Shown here one piece after another: positions 54,346 to 64,000 of a stretch of DNA of 64,000 nt (positions are counted from its first letter, which is position 1; each line of letters starts with the position of its first letter). Location: NCBI GenBank assembly GCA_964016885.1, contig OZ024741.1:151032001-151096000 (forward strand), read 5' to 3'. Below the pieces are notes generated by a model, which saw only the letters and a list, made by a program, of their open reading frames with translations, was not told the origin of the DNA and ran no database searches. The stretch is from Eledone cirrhosa. Lineage: Eukaryota. Both the position numbers and the translations under genes were made by a program.

Positions 54346-54593
54346 CGTAAAATAAGAAAATTATAAAATTAACTTACTAAAAAATCAATTCCATTTGAAT
54401 GTCGCATCATATCTCTCCGACAACATCTACGAACCTCGAAGTAAGTTAATTTTATAATTTTCTTATTTTACGTCTCTCATATTATTGTTCTGCAACCCCA
54501 TGCATTGAACCACATTGTTAATAAGACAAAACCTATATATTTGCTAGCATTGATATGCATCTGTGTGTATATAAATGTTACTAGATATAAATT

Positions 54594-54595
<2 letters not shown>
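54336..54595 (+). mobile_element. Family B-related hairpin fragment
   Basis: Arms 54336-54378 and 54440-54482. The tail matches 27660-27820. Confidence 0.8.
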
Positions 54596-54655
<60 letters not shown>

Positions 54656-54658
<3 letters not shown>

Positions 54659-54868
54659 AACCAGTAAGACCCCGACAGCTGAGCTCAAGCCGTTTCGACG
54701 GCTAATTCTGGACTAATTATTCTAATAATATCCAGAATTAGCCGTCGAAACGGCTTGAGCTCAGCTGTCGGGGTCTTACTGGTTCCTATTACCCACTCTA
54801 CTACCTCAAGTATTGAGTACTTTGGTGCGTTATGGTCCACCTGGTTCCTTACCACATTTCCTTCGTTA
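54656..54868 (+). mobile_element. Family A fold-back element
   Basis: Arms at about 54656-54712 and 54731-54788, (TA)n flanks. Confidence 0.85.
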
Positions 54869-54989
54869 TATATATATATATATATATATATGTGTATATG
54901 TCTGTATGTATGCATCTGGTTAATCAAATATGTGGTCAACACAAACAAAGCATTTAAATTTGCGTTCCTGGAAGATTAGAAAACTCAGG

Positions 54990-57690
54990 GAAACTAATCC
55001 AAATTTGGAACGAAGATCAGCTCTCCTTTGCAACGCACTCAACAAATTTAATATGGAGATATGTGCCATAAGTGAAACCCAACTCTCTGGCACATCTTAG
55101 ATAGAAGATGTGGGAGAAGAGTATACAGTCTTCTGGTCCGAAAAACGTGAAAAAAACTACTGGCATTAGATCTTCCATTGTTAATCCCTAATATCATTCC
55201 CCAAAGGTGTTACTGATCGTATCATTACTTTTTCTGGATCTAGCAAACAACACCTCTACTAAATTGGCGAGTTGTTACACTCCAACTCTCTATCCACCTG
55301 AGCAGGATATCATATATTCTATGATGAACTTCGCCAAGTCTTGGGAGACTTCAATGCTAGAGTTGGAAATGACTATCAAACATGGCATGACGTCCTTTGG
55401 TTTAATAGAATTGGAGCTATGAACCCAAATGGGCCGCTTTTATCTTGCAAGGAATTTGATCTTAGCATCTCTAATAGATCTTTCAACAACCTGCAAACCA
55501 TAAGTCAACATGGATGTATTCTATATCAAAGGAATGGCACATGAGTGACCATCTCATCATACACGAACGTGAGGAAAAGCATTTCAAAATAACTCACTCT
55601 TTTACTCTTTTTGATATCTCTTGAATCATGTATTGCTGTGCAGTAAGATTTCATTCATTCTTCCCAACAAAAGGCGTCTTCAAAAGCCACCTTTCCACTC
55701 AAGGTTGATATGGGTGCTTTGAAATCTAGTGATAGGAGGCTGGAACGTTTTGCAAAACTTGGCCCATTCCTTGACTATGTCAAATTTTTTTTACGACAAT
55801 GAGGCTCAAAGACGCCATATATGCAGCCACCTTGGAAATCTTAGGGTTTTCTATGAGAAAAAACACCAGCACTAGGGTGATGAAAGCAACTCAGATGTCC
55901 AGAATCTCATCAGCGATATGCGTAACATACAGAGATAAAAACTCAACAAGTAAAAAGAAAGCCTATACTGACTATAAGCAGCAGGCCCAGTCCTCACTTG
56001 GAAAGACGAAGGATGCCTGGTGGCAACAGCTAAGGCAACTGAACTACAAGAAGATGTTAATAAAATGATTCATGGGCCTTTTATAATGATCTGAAGGTGG
56101 TGTGTGATCCGAAGTAGTGCAGGTCAAATCCAAATCTATACTCTGATGTTACAACCCCATACACAGACAAATCTGAGATATTCTCTCGGAGGAAGAAACA
56201 TTTTGAAAAGGTCTTAAATGCTGAGTCAAACGTAGATGAAGATGCAATATCATCTATTCCACAAAGGTCAGAGATACCTGAATTAGCATTCAACCCAAGT
56301 TTGAATGAAGAACATATCACAATCAAGCAACTGTCATCAATAAAACTCCCGGAGAAGATTGCATACCACCTAAAATGTTTAAATATGGTGGTCGAAACCT
56401 GGTTCGAAAGCTTCTTCAGTTATTTCTGGAAATCTAGAATGTCGAACATGTTCCTCAAGACGTCCGAAATGCATCGATAATCTCTTCAAGAACAAAGGTA
56501 AAAGCATATCTGTGACAACTTTCGCGCCATCTCCGTTCACAGTATTGCTGGTACAGTGCTTGCCCGTGTCATTCTCAACAGAATTACATCCTATAGATGG
56601 TAGCTACCTATCTTGAAAACCAATGTGGTTTCTACACAGGTGGGGGTACTATTAACATGAACTCCATTCGCAAGGTTGCAGAGAATGTTCGTAAAAAGAA
56701 AGAACTGTTTATGGTTTTTGTCAGCTTGACCAAAGCCTTTGACATTGTCAGTCGCAAAGCTTCCTGGAAAATTCTCAAAAAAATTGGCATCTCTGCCAAT
56801 AAGCTGAATGTCATCATGTCTTTTCATGAGGGCTTGGAGGCATCAATTATGTCAAATGGCGAATGCTCTGAACTGTTTGATGTCACCAGCGGTACAAAGC
56901 AGGGTTGTGTCGTGGCTTCTGTTTTCCTTGCTTTGTAATGGTGACATTTGAATTCCGTACATCAGGTGGCTATTCAACTATCAACACTTTCAGGCTAAAC
57001 TTCTTACAAGAATAAATGATATTCGTGAGTTACTGTTTGCTGAAGATGCAGGACTTGCTGCATCATCCCTCGAAGAAGCAGAGGAATTGATGAACCGCTT
57101 CTCACTTGTCTGCAAGGCATTTTGTTTAACAACCAGTTTAAAGAAGACTGAGGAGGTACATTAACAAATGGCACCCGTTCCAGAAAAGTAGAAGATGTTA
57201 AGCAGGGACAGCCACGACAAGGGTATCTACAGCTTACTATCTCATTACTGTTGATGGCAAGGATCTGAACTTATTGGCAAGGATGTTGGTGGCAAGGAAA
57301 TTTACTTATTTTGGCAGCAATGTGAATCCCCCTGCATCCCTGGATCATGGGACCATCATTCACGTCTCCAAAGCAACTTATCCGCTTGGCAAACTACATC
57401 ATCATCTTCGGGATTGAAACGAAAGTTGCAGTTTATCGTGCAGTGGTACTGCCAAATCTTTCATACAGCTCGGAGTCATGGACACTTTATCACACCCACA
57501 TTTATATGCTTGATATCTTCCTCAAACATTTTTTTCGCTTTATCTGTGGATATGCACTTTCTGACAGAATCTCCAATGCGGATCTGATCACGCGGTATAA
57601 CAACCGTGGGATCGAGTCATTTCTGATGCAAACCCAACTTAGAATATTATATCATATTTGCACCGTTAGAATATTTGCTAGAGAATAAAC
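54990..57690 (+). pseudogene. Degenerate RTE (BovB-like) LINE ORF, APE endonuclease plus RT
   Basis: ERRSALL, ICAISET, YTVFWS, LGDFNARVG, LTKAFDIVSR, GTKQGCV, LFAEDA, YRAVVLPNLSYSSESW. Confidence 0.9.
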
Positions 57691-57731
57691 AATGTTTATA
57701 AGTGTGCTTTGATTCTCCTTCACAATTTTCT

Positions 57732-57768
<37 letters not shown>

Positions 57769-58092
57769 TGAAAAATGGGGAGCTGTGTTGTTGCAAATAG
57801 AATATATATAAAAATGAGGAATTAGAAATAGAAGCCAGGAATATCCGTCATCAGTGGTCTACTAGCCATTATAGGTATTTCTTCGCATTGCAGACCATAT
57901 ACCTCAGGCTAGGGCGATGCAATAACTAAAATAAGTTATTGGGATAAAAAGAGTTGGGTGGAGAAAGAGCTACTCAATGCGTAGAACAAATTTGATATAG
58001 AAACTTAATATAGAAATGGCTTCTTCTATAGGACTAGAACTGTTTCATTCGAATAATGTAGAAGTCTATGTTAAATTATACACATGTTAAAT

Positions 58093-58148
<56 letters not shown>

Positions 58149-58473
58149 CATATATTTACATACATACAGAGAGAGAGAGAGAGAGAGAGAAATATATATA
58201 TGTGTATGTTATCTATCTATCATATCAAAAACCATTTCCCTTTTTACTGTCTGTACATTTGACTCTCTAGCTCACATACAATGAATCCAAATATCTCCCT
58301 CGTAATCTTTCACTGATCAACTTAAAAGACGAAACGAAGAATCAAACAATTGAAACGAAATGAAAATGTCTGAGTTATTTTAAACACTTCGAATAGCAAG
58401 AACTGTCTGACATCTTTACAATTTATATACCCATATATATGTATATATATATATATATATATACATACATACA

Positions 58474-58550
<77 letters not shown>

Positions 58551-58600
58551 GTATATACATATATATATATATGTGTGTATGTGTGTGTATACGTGCGTAC

Positions 58601-58662
<62 letters not shown>

Positions 58663-60358
58663 TATAATTGCACAGACACACAGATATCCATTTAATGTTT
58701 TAATAATAGTCGCTGCCTAAAGTTCCGGTATATATATATGCCTTGTGATTTAGGAATTAATTGAAATTGACGTAATTGACCTCATAAATGATGGGTGACC
58801 CGTCTAGATAAAGCGAAATTCAATTCACATTGTTAGTTTTATGTGATATTTAAAATCATAAATACTGACCCTCTATCCTCGCATATCACCATAAACCATC
58901 TCAACCCTCTTTTCTTAACATCCATATATTTTATCTCTTGTTTCTTTTTCTTGTTCCAGCTTTTAGCGGGCAAATGTCTAGAGATTAATTGTTTTGGAAA
59001 ATTTTTAGGAGCGGTGTTCCAGTATGGCCTTAGTAACAATGGCCAAAAAATAGAAAGAAAGGAGCATATCATCAAATCGGATCAAGAAAGCTATGTTACC
59101 ATTGTTTTTTCAATTACTGACGCATCTCCTTGCAGAATGAAGGGTGAATTGAACTCGTATTGAACAGGATCATATATCGCAAGTCATCCCGTTAGACTCT
59201 TTAATAAATTCGCTAATCTAGCGCTCTTTAAGACTTTATTTATCTACCCTGAAAAGATGAACGTCAAAATTGACTTCGGCGGGATTTGAACTCAAAGCGT
59301 GTGAGACGGAACAGATACCGAGGCATTTAATTCGAACCACTAACGAATCTACCAATTCGCTAGCAATATAATATTGGCTGGATATAAGCTTGTTTTATTT
59401 CAGAAATGGTCTTAAAGGGCCAGACTTGCCATACTCTCTATCACGCTGAATTAACCCGAGAACTAAGTTAAGGGTACACGTGTTTGTGGAATTTTCAGCC
59501 ACTTGCACGTTCATCTCACGAACATTCTGTTCATTGATAAAACAACCGGAACGCTCTTCATTGGAACCAATGGTGGTGAAACCTATCTAGTGAGCTGAAA
59601 ATATTCAGTAGACTGAGGTTAGCTACACTATTAGTAGACATGATCCCTGCTTTCAGGCAACAGGAAGGAAGAAGTCTCCAACGACATCGGTTGATCAACG
59701 TAATATATTTATATGGCTGAAGTCAATGGCGAGAGAACATCGCAAGTTGTAACCTCTGCTTGAGGTGTTGCTGCACCCTTACAATATAATTCTCATATGA
59801 TGTTAATACAAATTTAAAGGGCATGACAACCGCTCCTTAAATGGGAAATATAATTTGTCTATATTCTTATTAGTGTTCATTCTCTAACGGTGTCCACGTA
59901 GTGTCCAATTGCAAGTGCATTAATCAAGGTAGGGCTTAATTTAAAAGGCCGATTCCATGTGTACTAATCTGTGTCATAGTAGTATCCAATTAAAGTAGTG
60001 TCCAATCTATCTCCAGGATGTGGTTGATTTAGGTAGAAACCAACACCATGTACTAAAATATGTTTCATTGTGAAACAGTTGGATGTTTGATTCCTTTTAT
60101 ATCGCAAACACCTCCCATGGTAACCATGAACACTATGATAAAAACCACCACCACCACCACCAAATATCACGACAACACCCTACGACGATGATCATAGTTG
60201 TCAATTTTATCATCAATAACCTCACTGTATTTTTTCTGAATCACACAATCTTCACGTATAGATGCGCATATACAGCTACAGTGACGCGCGAACATCCGCA
60301 TCTCTCTCTCACTCACTCTCTCTTTCTTTCTCCATCCCTTTCTCTCTCTCTCTCTATA

Positions 60359-63451
<3,093 letters not shown>

Positions 63452-64000
63452 AATAATGCTCCTGAAATGTTGAGCACTTCCAAATATAATAATGAACAGC
63501 GGCATGGGACTGAATATATCTAACTACCATTCGGATTTTGGCTACTCAGTGTTTTTGGCTACTCAGTGTTTTTGCCTACCGCCCACCTGGCCCATTGCTA
63601 CTTCACTCTCAGAATATTCGTAATTCGATGAAATTCTACGGATTACACCATAACATGTATTCTACTGCACTGTATTAACTAAATTCGCTACCCTTCAGGG
63701 CATGTATAACTCACACTGGATTCTCAGACTCGAAAACACACTGATTCCATTTCCACATCTATATGCATTATCTGACTGCAACTTGAACTATATTGTATTT
63801 CTCCTGTGTTTTGATCTCTCCATTTACTCCACCACCACTCTTGTTTGTTTATTTATATCTTTATATCTTTATACCTTTGCTGTATTAATGCTTTTTCCAC
63901 GTATTATACTTCTATACATCCATGTATTTTTTACTTCCCTTATTCGGACTTTTACTCGCGTGTACCCTTTAGCACACGACACTGGAATGTCTCCCCCTGG

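Noticed and set aside
58843-59163. 106-aa ORF with an acceptor-like ttccag
   Set aside because: No recognisable motif, and it lies next to SINE-like debris.

Overview
AT-rich, microsatellite-dense eukaryotic DNA. The SINE, RTE and (TA)n content resembles octopus/cephalopod genomes, but that assignment is an inference. I see no host protein-coding gene, and nearly all listed ORFs are microsatellite or transposon artefacts. The window is a patchwork of decayed mobile elements: two mariner elements, an ORF1-only L1/Tx1-type LINE, an R4/Dong-type RLE LINE, several RTE LINEs and non-autonomous derivatives, tRNA-derived SINEs, Helitron ends, and at least four Penelope-like element (PLE) remnants with GIY-YIG sequence. 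The main unexplained signal is a dense set of type I hammerhead ribozyme (HHR) motifs in about 13 sequence-unrelated families. Most sit in or beside (TA)n tracts, often as fold-back palindromes centred at or near the ribozyme. Highlights are a retrozyme-like tandem unit, U3-A8 core variants, a tRNA-like unit with the same tandem-plus-inverted architecture, a hairpin loop templated from a neighbouring LINE, and a UGA at a conserved Cys of a PLE endonuclease. All folds were read by eye, and coordinates are approximate to a few nt. Family letters are my own working labels.
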